Source: an uncultured Gammaproteobacteria bacterium
Lineage (GTDB): Bacteria; Pseudomonadota; Gammaproteobacteria; UBA9214
Direction: 5' to 3'
Assembly: GCA_963768415.1 (NCBI GenBank)
Contig: CAVYHX010000016.1
Coordinates: 19,528 to 83,527 of the forward strand
Length of the DNA: 64,000 bases
Shown here one piece after another: positions 36,416 to 45,572 of this stretch (positions within the stretch are counted from its first letter, which is position 1; every line of letters begins with the position of its first letter). A model generated the notes under the pieces. The model saw only the letters and a list, made by a program, of their open reading frames with translations, had not been told where the DNA came from and did not search any database. The position numbers were made by a program, and so were the translations under genes.

Positions 36416-36817
36416 ATGTCATCACTTTCACCGGAAGAGCGCACCGAACTGGGCCGTATGGTCGTTAATGTACTGGACGAATGGGGTATAACGGCCGCGG
36501 ACCAGGTGATTATGCTCGCCTTGCCGGATGGTACCAGGACCAGAATGTTGCGGCGTTACCAGGAAGACACGCCGCTACCCGATGATCCTGTGGTGATGAA
36601 GCACGTCGAGCACCTGCTGGGGATTGCTGATGCCCTGCGCACAACGTTTCCCCGGAATGAAAAAATCGGCGTCATCTGGCTCAAGCAACGCTGTAAACGA
36701 TTACGCAGCCGCCGTCCCATGGATATCATGGTGGAGGGCGGGTTGAGCGGACTGATTACGGTGCGTACCCATCTGGACTGCTCCTTCGCCTGGCGTGAGT
36801 CCGAACGCAAGGACTGA
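36416..36817 (+). CDS. Xre/MbcA/ParS-like antitoxin-family protein (DUF2384 C-terminal domain), with no adjacent RES toxin
   Basis: The C-terminal VIWLKQRCKRLRSRRPMDIMVEGGLSGLITVRTHLD fits the DUF2384 toxin-binding-domain pattern (W...P.D......G...V...L). Confidence 0.5.
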   Translation: MSSLSPEERTELGRMVVNVLDEWGITAADQVIMLALPDGTRTRMLRRYQEDTPLPDDPVVMKHVEHLLGIADALRTTFPRNEKIGVIWLKQRCKRLRSRRPMDIMVEGGLSGLITVRTHLDCSFAWRESERKD

Positions 36818-36852
36818 CAGCAGGACGCACCGCGCCCGTGTAGATCGTATAA

Positions 36853-37335
36853 CTACCGGTTTCTCTTGCCGCGACGGGAGAGTTTGTGGGCGGTCATATC
36901 GTCTACAAGTGTGTTGCAGGGAATGTTTTCAAGCGCAGAGTAATGCTCGATGGCAGCATCGATCAGTGCGTTAATGTCCTCGATAACGTCTTTCCGCGTA
37001 TCTTCCCGCGCGATGCTGCGCTGCAGGCCAAGCAGGCCGCCATACTGGATTTTTACCAGCACGCTGTGCGGCATCTGCAATAGATCGTCTTCGACATCAA
37101 ATGCCGGCAAGGCTACATCCTTGAGTTTCCGGAAGAGGAGTGTGCAGCGATCGTGTGAAGCCGCTGCGCTACAGGCGATTTCGGCGCCCCCCCGGCGGAC
37201 AATCTGGCTGGCATGCCGGCAACCAAAATTATCACTGCAACAGGGTGCTGCTGAATGGACAGATGAGGTCTTGCATTGTCTTCCCGGTAATATTCCAGGT
37301 TGCAAATTGTAGCCAATTGAATAATAAATAGACAT
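36853..37335 (-). CDS. Cys-rich hypothetical protein, paralogue B
   Basis: MSIYYSIGYN..., a Cys pattern, QYGGLLGLQ and a basic tail HKLSRRGKRNR. Collinear with 34992-35457. Confidence 0.5.
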   Translation of the reverse strand: MSIYYSIGYNLQPGILPGRQCKTSSVHSAAPCCSDNFGCRHASQIVRRGGAEIACSAAASHDRCTLLFRKLKDVALPAFDVEDDLLQMPHSVLVKIQYGGLLGLQRSIAREDTRKDVIEDINALIDAAIEHYSALENIPCNTLVDDMTAHKLSRRGKRNR

Positions 37336-37422
37336 AACAGCGCATGCTCGTCATGCCGGCACCAGTGGCTGTTACCCGAATCGCTAATGATTTCAGCCGG
37401 CTGAATGATATCAGGATGAAAT

Positions 37423-37764
37423 ATGTTGAATAAGCCCGGCATTGTGACCGCAATCCCGAGGCGCCGGTACAGTCTTGGTGAGTACACGGTAGTTGTGCTG
37501 CACGAGATCGAAAGCAACGATGGCATTGACTACAGTTACATTATGGCGGTGGTCAGGGGGCAGGATCCGGAACCGGGGCTCTATATAACCGCGGAAAGGA
37601 TCCCGGGCAGGGATATTGCGATGCGTATTGTTATGCAGGGTGGAGACGAGGTGCTCGGCACATCGCCCGCATGGAGTGATCTGGAGGCCTTTGTTACCGC
37701 CTCCCTGGATATCGTCGCCCGGGTTTTGAATGTGACTGATGAAACACCTTATCAGTTGATGTAA
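37423..37764 (+). CDS. hypothetical protein (113 aa)
   Basis: Clean ORF with balanced composition. No family recognised. Confidence 0.45.
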   Translation: MLNKPGIVTAIPRRRYSLGEYTVVVLHEIESNDGIDYSYIMAVVRGQDPEPGLYITAERIPGRDIAMRIVMQGGDEVLGTSPAWSDLEAFVTASLDIVARVLNVTDETPYQLM

Positions 37765-38077
37765 GGAGTGCAGGAAGCGTTAATGCGGACACGCATACTG
37801 ATCATGATCATATCGTTGCTGTTGTCCCTGTTGCCGGTGACAACCGTTCAGGCGTTCTTCTTTTTGTTTTTCTTTCGGCAGCAAGCAAGCGGTCGCACTA
37901 TTACGATTACCCGCCATCCTGCAGCGCCTGTGGGCAGCCGGTCATGCCGTTTATGCCTTACCAGCCGGGTGTGATTAATCCGTATTATGAAGGCTGGTAC
38001 CCTGCGCCATCCCGGTTGCCCTGGATGGGGACAACCGGCGCGTGAGCATGCGGGCAATGAATGACAGGCGGGCCTTG

Positions 38078-40240
38078 CTAGCTGGCGCCAATCTCCCGCC
38101 TTCGGTAATTCTGCCCGGTTGACGAGTGTGCCGTCAGCAGATCGGTGAAATCCGCCGGGCTGAGCGGTTTACTGAATAGATAGCCCTGGACAACGGTGCA
38201 ATTCTGCTGCCTGAGAAATTCAAGTTGCTTGTTATTCTCGACACCTTCAGCAACCAGAGACAAACCCAGACTTTGTGCCATGGCGATGACCGCCTGGGCA
38301 ATCAGGGTGTCCTCCTTGTTATCGGGTATCTCACGGACAAATGACTTGTCGATCTTGACGGTATCGATCGGTAGCTTGCGCAGGTATCCGAGCGAGGAGT
38401 AGCCGGTGCCAAAATCGTCCATCGCAATCCTGAATCCCATGGCCTTGAGTTTGTCCAGTATGACGATTGCCGTGTCGAGGTTTTTCATGACAACATTTTC
38501 GGTGATTTCGAGTTCCGTCATGCCTGCATTTATACCGGTTGTTTCCAGCGCATGCTTTATTGTGCGGGTTAGTCCCGGCCGGGCAATCTGGGAGGCCGAC
38601 AGGTTGACCGCCAGCCCGAGCTGTTTATGACCTGCATCATGCCAGCCCCTGAGCTGTCTGAAGGCGGTGTGCAGTACCCACTCGCCGATGGGAATTATCA
38701 TGCCGCTGTCTTCAGCGATCGGGAGAAAATCCAGCGGATTAATAGCGCCCATTTCAGGATGCTGCCACCGCAACAGGGCCTCGGCTCCGATAATGGTGTT
38801 GGTGGTTATGTCGACCTGTGGCTGGTAATACAATTCCAGCTCATCATTCTCCAGCGCCTTCCTCAGGCTGGTTTCGAGCGACAGTTGCTTGCGCGATACT
38901 GCATTCATTTCCGCAGTGTAGTACACCAGTTTATTCCTGCCGAGTTCCTTCGCGCGGTACATGCTGACGTCGGAGTTTTTGACCAGGGTATCGGTATCGA
39001 GGCCGTCGAATGGATAGATGCTGACCCCGATACTGGTAGTGATATGCAATTCATGTCCGTTACATGATGCTGGCTTGACAAGCGAGTCAATTATCTTGTT
39101 TCCGATACGCCCTGCGTCGGCCGAACTTTTTATATCGGTCAGCAGCACCATGAATTCATCCCCGCCCAAACGGGCAACCGTATCATCCGTACGCAGGCAC
39201 TTCCTGATGCGACGCGAAACGACACGCAGCAACTGGTCACCGACCGCATGCCCCAGTGAATCGTTGATGACCTTGAATCGGTCGAGATCGAGAAACAGCA
39301 ATGCCAGCATGGACTGCTGACGCTGGGCGTGTGCCAGCGCCGTATCGATGCGGTCATTGAAGAGGATGCGATTGGGTAGACCGGTCAGGGCATCATGATG
39401 TGCGTAATATTCCATTCGCTTGGCGACCGACTCGGCCTGTTCCTTGGCCGATGCAAGTTGCTGATTGGCTATCTCGATTTCCTCTGTACGCAGCGCCACC
39501 CGCTCTTCCAGCATGGAGCGGTGCTCGATAAGTTCCTTGTCCCGGGACTGTATTTCATTGAGCATCACGTTGAAATCGACAATCAGGGTACCGATTTCAT
39601 CAGTGCCTTCCCCGGTAACACGCAAGGAATAATTTTTATCTGTGGTTATGTTCCTGGCTGTTTCTGAAAGCCGCAATAATGGATCGGTAATAATGCGCTG
39701 CATGCGCGCACTAAGCCCGAATGTGACCAGCAGCGATACCAGCAAAACAATGCCGACAATGTTCAGGAACCATGTCAGCCGCTCGCGGATAACTTCCATA
39801 TCGGATTGCAAATACACGAAGCCGATGTGCTCACCCTCGACGACAATACGGGTCAGCAGTTCGATATGACTGTCCCAGAAAAGCACATTCACCGGCTGGA
39901 GTTCCGGATCCGGGATAGTGATATCCAGGCCCGGTTTTCTGTATGCTGCGAATGTCTCGCCATCCAGTCCGAAGATTGCGGCTCCCTGAATATGACCCTG
40001 TAACTCCAGGAATCCCAGGGTTTCCTGTGCGGCAACCCTGTCACCGAACAGGATCGCGGCGCTGCTGTTGGCGGCGATGATCTCGGCCAGAGTGCTCAGG
40101 TTTTCGCTGACGGCCTGTTGTGCGTTGATCCTGTCAGCAGTGATGAACGAGCCGCTGGCAATCAACAGGGATATCGTGCTGATGCTGATGATTATCAGCA
40201 TCAGCTTGCTGCGGATCGATATATTCGAGAGCATGGACAT
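38078..40240 (-). CDS. CHASE8-like sensor, HAMP, GGDEF, EAL signalling protein (c-di-GMP turnover)
   Basis: Two TM segments flank a periplasmic domain. It carries a HAMP domain, RLGGDEFMVLL (GGDEF), EALLRWQHP (EAL) and DDFGTGYSSL. Confidence 0.9.
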   Translation of the reverse strand: MSMLSNISIRSKLMLIIISISTISLLIASGSFITADRINAQQAVSENLSTLAEIIAANSSAAILFGDRVAAQETLGFLELQGHIQGAAIFGLDGETFAAYRKPGLDITIPDPELQPVNVLFWDSHIELLTRIVVEGEHIGFVYLQSDMEVIRERLTWFLNIVGIVLLVSLLVTFGLSARMQRIITDPLLRLSETARNITTDKNYSLRVTGEGTDEIGTLIVDFNVMLNEIQSRDKELIEHRSMLEERVALRTEEIEIANQQLASAKEQAESVAKRMEYYAHHDALTGLPNRILFNDRIDTALAHAQRQQSMLALLFLDLDRFKVINDSLGHAVGDQLLRVVSRRIRKCLRTDDTVARLGGDEFMVLLTDIKSSADAGRIGNKIIDSLVKPASCNGHELHITTSIGVSIYPFDGLDTDTLVKNSDVSMYRAKELGRNKLVYYTAEMNAVSRKQLSLETSLRKALENDELELYYQPQVDITTNTIIGAEALLRWQHPEMGAINPLDFLPIAEDSGMIIPIGEWVLHTAFRQLRGWHDAGHKQLGLAVNLSASQIARPGLTRTIKHALETTGINAGMTELEITENVVMKNLDTAIVILDKLKAMGFRIAMDDFGTGYSSLGYLRKLPIDTVKIDKSFVREIPDNKEDTLIAQAVIAMAQSLGLSLVAEGVENNKQLEFLRQQNCTVVQGYLFSKPLSPADFTDLLTAHSSTGQNYRRREIGAS

Positions 40241-40248
40241 GCTCTGTA

Positions 40249-40818
40249 CTACTTCCCTTTTTTCACTGCATTAGCCAGGGATAACAGTTTTGAACTGATA
40301 TTCAGGCCGGCATTATCAGCGGCGTCGATATTGACATCGAATCTTACCTTGTTGTCAATCAGCCGGAACTGGATGATCCCGCCGAGCTCGGTGAAGTTAT
40401 CGGCATCACTGACCGTGAGTACCGGTAATTTACCGAGCTTGGAAAGGATGTTCTTCATATCACCGGCGCTCGATTCGCTGATGAAGACAAGCTGGCAGTT
40501 GCCGGCAGCTGCCGCGTCCTTGATCCGCCTGATCCTGAGGGCCTGTCCGTTGACGGCCTTGCTCTCGAGGGGAGACAGATATTCTCCGAACATATCCGTC
40601 CCCAGAATGCAAAGCGAGAAGATGTCGTTATTGCTCGTTGCCTGTTTGGGCCAGTCCACGAAACGGGTAAAGTTATACAGAAATGCAGCCTTGATCCGGT
40701 ATTCGGTGACCAGCACATCGGCGGCCTTGCTGAAGGCGGGTGCACAAAACAACAGCGCCACCAGAATTGCCGGCACTATGCAGCGTAGTTCGAATGTTGT
40801 TCTTTTGTGCGTTTTCAT
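40249..40818 (-). CDS. YfiR-family (DUF4154) periplasmic protein
   Basis: Signal peptide plus EYRIKAAFLYNFTRFVDWP, the DUF4154/YfiR signature. Confidence 0.8.
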   Translation of the reverse strand: MKTHKRTTFELRCIVPAILVALLFCAPAFSKAADVLVTEYRIKAAFLYNFTRFVDWPKQATSNNDIFSLCILGTDMFGEYLSPLESKAVNGQALRIRRIKDAAAAGNCQLVFISESSAGDMKNILSKLGKLPVLTVSDADNFTELGGIIQFRLIDNKVRFDVNIDAADNAGLNISSKLLSLANAVKKGK

Positions 40819-40860
40819 TTTTTATAGTAGTGACATTGCTTCAATCGGCATGTCCCGGAC

Positions 40861-42981
40861 CTAGAACTGCCAGTTCACCTTGCCATACACGCTGCGCTCC
40901 ACTTCCGTCGCCTGTGTCTGGATGAAATCAGGTGCGTATTCCGCATGCTGGCTGTCGAGCAGGTTCTGTCCAACCAGCGAGAATTCCAGCCCCGCTTTTG
41001 GCTTCCATCCCAGCCGCAAGTCAAGTTCTACATAGCTGTCGATGGGCTTGAAGTTGTAAACTTCGACTTCTCCGACGTAACGCAGTGCCGCATCGAAGCT
41101 GACGCGATTAGTCAGGTCAAGGGAAGTCCACAGCGAGGCCATACTGGTCGGGCTGCCGTCCTGGGCGGACAGTGAAGGCGCATCCATGCTGCCTGACGTG
41201 AGGTCAAAATCCATCTCCAGGTAGGAATAGTTGCCATTGATACGCCAGCCCGGGCGGACCTGCCACTGGCCGGCAAGCTCGATGCCGGATACCTGACCCT
41301 TCATGTCATTGCCGAATGGAAACGGTACTGCTGTTGCGCTTGGCATGCCCATATCCAGTGTACGCAGGTCCTCGTAGTCGTACAGGAACCCGGTGATATC
41401 CATAGACCAGTTACTCCTGAACATTCGATAACCCAGTTCATAGGCGATCAGCTCTTCCGAGTCGAAGTCGTCGTCGCCGGTGGCAAAGACGGCTATCCCC
41501 GGATCGAATGCAGGATCCACCAGCAGGCGCAATCTGACATCATGCTCGCCGCGGGCCGGTGTGCGCACGGCGCGGGAAACGGAACCCCATACGGTCTGGT
41601 CGTCTTTTACTGACCAGGCCAGGCGCACATTGGGCTGCACTTCGAAGCCGGTGAAATCATTGTGTTCGAACTTGGAACCGACCGTCAGCAGAACATCCTC
41701 ATGCACACTGATTTCATCCTGCACAAAGGCGCTGACCAGGTCGACGTCTCGTTTATCCGGGACCAGGGCAAAGGCTGGATTGCCGTCCGATTCGTCCTCG
41801 ATATGACGGAAGCCCACACCCCACAACATGTCATGGTTTGCGCGCGGCACGAAGTGGTGCTGGAAGTCGATGTCGATGGTGTTGCGTTCTTCATCGAGAA
41901 TCGTGCCATTGCGACTTACATGATCGATGTACGCCTGCAGTGCGAAATCCGATGAATCACTCGTCTTGCGGGTCCAGCGAAACAACACATTGCCGGAATC
42001 CAGCTCCGTGTCGTCCACGACCGGGTTGGGAACGGTTCCCGCTCCGCCATCAACGGGTACCAGGGTCAGTTGACCGGCATGCCCGCTGGCCAGGTCACCC
42101 TGGACCGTGAAGCTGTTGCCATTGCTGCCGTCCCAGTCGGTGCGAAACCCGACCTGGCCGGATTCCCAGTCGTCATGGGTATCGGTGAAGCCAAAGCCCG
42201 GATCCAGCGTCCTGGCGACCGCCCCCTCATCGGTGGCCGTATATTTGGCATGAACGCGGAAATTGCCGCCGTTTTTCAGTTTGCCACCATGGCGTACCGT
42301 GCCCGAACCACGCAGCTCATCGCCGGCGCTCGCAGCAATCATCGTGCCCTGGGTGTCGGCGGCAGACTTGGTAATGATATTGATCACCCCGTTGACCGCG
42401 TTGGCGCCCCACAGGGTGCCACCCGGTCCACGGATGACCTCGATCCGGTCGATATCTTCCAGTACCACATCCTGCATATCCCAGTAGACCCCGGCGAACA
42501 GCGGGGTATAGACGCTGCGTCCGTCGATCAGTACCAGCAGCTTGTTGGCAAAGCGGCTGTTGGATCCGCGCGCCGTGATGGCCCACTTGTTCGAGTCGAT
42601 ACGGGCCACCTGCACCCCGGGTACCCGGCGCAGGGCATCCGGAATCGTCGTGACCCCCCATTTGCGGATGTCTTCATCGGTAATAACGGAGAGGGCGGCT
42701 GCCACATCGGCCTGTTTCTGTGGTTTTTTCGAAACCGACGTGACCTCGATATTCATCAGCGCCTCGAGGCTCATGTCGATCAAATCGGGTGGCAGGCTGG
42801 CCTGGATGCTGGTGGCATGGACTGTCAGTGCAGTACACAGGCCGGTGGTGATCAGGGTGCGTAACCGCTGCAGGGATTGTTTCAATCCTGTGAGCAGATA
42901 ATGGAGCAGGGGCTCGAACCCAGGTTTCCCGGCAGTTGAGAGCATGCGCTCAAGGACAATCAATCGGGTCTTCATGTGCAC
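40861..42981 (-). CDS. TonB-dependent outer-membrane receptor
   Basis: Plug domain (IEVIRGPGGTLWGANAVNGVINIITK), a long beta-barrel and the terminal aromatic ...GKVNWQF. Confidence 0.9.
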   Translation of the reverse strand: MHMKTRLIVLERMLSTAGKPGFEPLLHYLLTGLKQSLQRLRTLITTGLCTALTVHATSIQASLPPDLIDMSLEALMNIEVTSVSKKPQKQADVAAALSVITDEDIRKWGVTTIPDALRRVPGVQVARIDSNKWAITARGSNSRFANKLLVLIDGRSVYTPLFAGVYWDMQDVVLEDIDRIEVIRGPGGTLWGANAVNGVINIITKSAADTQGTMIAASAGDELRGSGTVRHGGKLKNGGNFRVHAKYTATDEGAVARTLDPGFGFTDTHDDWESGQVGFRTDWDGSNGNSFTVQGDLASGHAGQLTLVPVDGGAGTVPNPVVDDTELDSGNVLFRWTRKTSDSSDFALQAYIDHVSRNGTILDEERNTIDIDFQHHFVPRANHDMLWGVGFRHIEDESDGNPAFALVPDKRDVDLVSAFVQDEISVHEDVLLTVGSKFEHNDFTGFEVQPNVRLAWSVKDDQTVWGSVSRAVRTPARGEHDVRLRLLVDPAFDPGIAVFATGDDDFDSEELIAYELGYRMFRSNWSMDITGFLYDYEDLRTLDMGMPSATAVPFPFGNDMKGQVSGIELAGQWQVRPGWRINGNYSYLEMDFDLTSGSMDAPSLSAQDGSPTSMASLWTSLDLTNRVSFDAALRYVGEVEVYNFKPIDSYVELDLRLGWKPKAGLEFSLVGQNLLDSQHAEYAPDFIQTQATEVERSVYGKVNWQF

Positions 42982-43225
42982 TACCTCGCAATCCTTGCCT
43001 AGTATTAACTAAATGAAAATCAACAGATTATCTTAATCTGCCTGGCTAACGCCGGTCTGCGATGCGGTGATCGACAGGCGTGCTTGCGAGATTATCGGCA
43101 GCTGTAACAGTAACCTTAAGTCTTGATTGCATTCAGAAAACGCCATCAAAATGGCGACAGTGCGCGGGTTGGTGCGGTGGGAAGTGGGCGCCGGATGGCA
43201 GGCCCGGGGGTAGCCGTTCGAATGG

Positions 43226-43522
43226 CTAGTTCTTGTCGGCGTCCGTGTCCGGTTTACCGGGAATGTTCAGGGGAACTACGACTGAGGTTTGGGGTTCGTC
43301 AACAAAGCGCGGGCGCTGGTCCATGGGCCGGCCAGCCGCTGCATTCAGTTCAACCTCGCGGGCAGTGATCAGGCTGAGGCAGCTGCGGATGCCTTCCACC
43401 GTGTTATCCGACAAGGGGTGCCGGTATCCGGGGCGGGTATAGGTGTCTTTGGCAACATCTGTCAGCACGCGCTTCATGACGCGTAATATGCGTTCTTCCT
43501 TGCTGGGTTCGTCACCGGACAT
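43226..43522 (-). CDS. hypothetical protein (98 aa)
   Basis: Clean ORF, MSGDEPSKEERILRVMKRVLTDVAKDTYTRPGYRHPLSDNTVEGIR. No family recognised. Confidence 0.5.
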   Translation of the reverse strand: MSGDEPSKEERILRVMKRVLTDVAKDTYTRPGYRHPLSDNTVEGIRSCLSLITAREVELNAAAGRPMDQRPRFVDEPQTSVVVPLNIPGKPDTDADKN

Positions 43523-43599
43523 GAGTCAGTCGTGCCTGCTGTGCGTGGATTGGACCCTTCGTATTGTGACATAGATCATTGCTGCGGGCAGAAATTCCC

Positions 43600-44190
43600 C
43601 TATTCACGCAGATACAGCGTCTTCCAGTCACACCCGGTCAGGGTTCGCAATGAGGCGAGCAATTCATCGCCCGGCACCGCCTCGGAGGGATAAATACCCC
43701 AGATTTCGAGAAAAATTCTGCCAAAACCCGCAGACTTGCGGAAGTTCAGCTGCATCAGCTGCCCGCTGTGATGGCAAGCCTGGCACTGCCAGTCGTGTTT
43801 TTCGGAGTCAGACTGCCAGTCCAGCAGGAGTTGCTGCCAGTTGTGTACCGGTTTCCGGCATTCGGGACAGCGGGGGAGCGGGGCATTGCGATCGGTGCGG
43901 AACTGCAGCGCGCCGGTTTCTGCCAGACGCACATGACAAAGCCCGCCGGCAGCGAGTGCTGCCTCGAGCGCGTCCGGTGAATCCGGTGGAAGCAGGTCGA
44001 TATGCGGCGCGCAACCAAGAAAGGTGACCAGTTCAGGCAGTCGCTCACCTGCGGAATACAGGGTTAGCGTGGGGTGCCGGATGGGTGCGCCAATCAGTCC
44101 AAGGCCAGTCAAGTGGCTGGCGAGATGATCAGCAGCCACCGGCGCGGAGTGCGGGTTTGCCGGATGCATCAATAATTTGTAGGCTGGCAT
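43600..44190 (-). CDS. hypothetical protein with zinc-ribbon-like CxxC pairs
   Basis: CPECRKP...(22 aa)...CQACHH, in a 196-aa ORF. Confidence 0.5.
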   Translation of the reverse strand: MPAYKLLMHPANPHSAPVAADHLASHLTGLGLIGAPIRHPTLTLYSAGERLPELVTFLGCAPHIDLLPPDSPDALEAALAAGGLCHVRLAETGALQFRTDRNAPLPRCPECRKPVHNWQQLLLDWQSDSEKHDWQCQACHHSGQLMQLNFRKSAGFGRIFLEIWGIYPSEAVPGDELLASLRTLTGCDWKTLYLRE

Positions 44191-44342
44191 GGAGGATTCC
44201 TGTGTAGTGCCCTATGTTACCGTGCCGGTCCCTGTCATTGGCGCTGACGACTAACTTTCTTTGGGTCTGGCGTGCGTGTACCAGCAGGCTCACAATGATC
44301 ACTATAATGACTACGGAAGTCTCCGGAAAACGAGGACGGCAC

Positions 44343-45050
44343 ATGCACACGCGCGAACCATTCTCCATTCATGCCCTGGAACTCGGTCCGATGGAGAATT
44401 TTGTTTATCTGATACAAGACCATGCATCCGGCACGGCGGCAGTGGTGGATCCTGCCTGGGATGTTCCCGCGGTGCTGGCGCTGGCTGAAAAAAGCGGTGT
44501 CCGGATTACGGATATCCTGCTGACGCACAGCCACCACGATCACATCAACGGGATAGAGGGTGTGCTGCAGAAGTATGATGCCCGCTTGCACCTGCTGAAA
44601 TCCGAGGCCCGGTTCTGGGGCGGCCACCCGGACCTGCCGACCCTGCACCACGGGGGCGATACCATTGAACTGGGTGAGACCGCTATCTCCGTGTTGCACA
44701 CACCCGGCCACACCCCGGGCTCCGCCTGCTACCATATCGGCAATAACCTGATAACCGGCGATACCCTGTTCGTATTCGGTTGCGGACGTTGCGATTTGCG
44801 CGGCGGTGATCCCGAGCAGATGTATACGACGCTGAAAGACATCGCGGAGCGCCTGCCGCATGAAACCGTGATACATCCCGGCCACAACTATGCCGAGAAG
44901 CCGACTTCAACTATGGAAGAGCAGGTGGCAGGTAACCCGTTTATGCATTTTGATACCAGCGACCGGTTTATACAGTATCGTATGCATTACCATGACAAAC
45001 ATCGAGATTCGCCCTATCGCCCGGTCTGCAAGGGCGATGAGATGGTCTAG
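44343..45050 (+). CDS. MBL-fold metallo-hydrolase (glyoxalase II-like)
   Basis: THSHHDHINGI (HxHxDH), HTPGHTPGS and HPGHNY. Confidence 0.85.
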   Translation: MHTREPFSIHALELGPMENFVYLIQDHASGTAAVVDPAWDVPAVLALAEKSGVRITDILLTHSHHDHINGIEGVLQKYDARLHLLKSEARFWGGHPDLPTLHHGGDTIELGETAISVLHTPGHTPGSACYHIGNNLITGDTLFVFGCGRCDLRGGDPEQMYTTLKDIAERLPHETVIHPGHNYAEKPTSTMEEQVAGNPFMHFDTSDRFIQYRMHYHDKHRDSPYRPVCKGDEMV

Positions 45051-45066
45051 TGCCAGGGAGTAGATA

Positions 45067-45558
45067 ATGGAAAGTCGCCTGAACCGGTATGCGGGATACC
45101 TGTTGCAGCTGGCCTGCGTGGCCCTGCTGAGCGCCTGTGCGAGCATGCATGCCTACAAGGAAGCCCCGCGTGTTTCTCTTGCCAGTATTCAACCCAAAAC
45201 GCTCAACCTGTTCGAACAGCGCTACGCACTGCAGCTCCGGATCCTGAATCCAAATGACACGGCAATACCGATCAGGGGGCTGAGTTACTCTCTGGAGATC
45301 AACGGCCGTGAATTTGCCTATGGTGTCAGCCAGCAGTCGGTTTCCGTTCCGTCATTTGGCGAGGCGTTGCTGGATGTCGATCTGATCAGCAATTTTCTGA
45401 ATATGCTGCAGGTACTGCAGGACAACAGCAAGGAAACCCACAGCAGCCTGAAGTATCGCCTGGTCGGGAATATCGCCCTTGCGGACAGTTTGCGCAAACT
45501 GCCATTCGACTACCAGGGTGAACTGGTCTACCTGCCGGCGGATGCGACCGCACCCTGA
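45067..45558 (+). CDS. LEA type-2 (water-stress/hypersensitive-response domain) lipoprotein
   Basis: Lipobox LLSACAS. LQLRILNPNDTAIPIRGLSYSLEINGREFAYG is typical of LEA_2. Confidence 0.7.
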   Translation: MESRLNRYAGYLLQLACVALLSACASMHAYKEAPRVSLASIQPKTLNLFEQRYALQLRILNPNDTAIPIRGLSYSLEINGREFAYGVSQQSVSVPSFGEALLDVDLISNFLNMLQVLQDNSKETHSSLKYRLVGNIALADSLRKLPFDYQGELVYLPADATAP

Positions 45559-45572
45559 ATATACAACCGCGC

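Noticed and set aside
37783-37974. Small ORF with a signal-peptide-like start (MRTRILIMIISLLLSLLPVTTVQA)
   Set aside because: The mature part is a poly-Phe/low-complexity run, and a different frame reads on to 38044. It may be a real frame-broken small secreted protein, but I cannot support a product.
43011-43032. Fur-box-like sequence (GATAATCTGTTGATTTTCATTT on the minus strand) upstream of the TonB-dependent receptor
   Set aside because: Only about 8 of 19 positions match the GATAATGATAATCATTATC consensus beyond the first hexamer. That is too weak to call.
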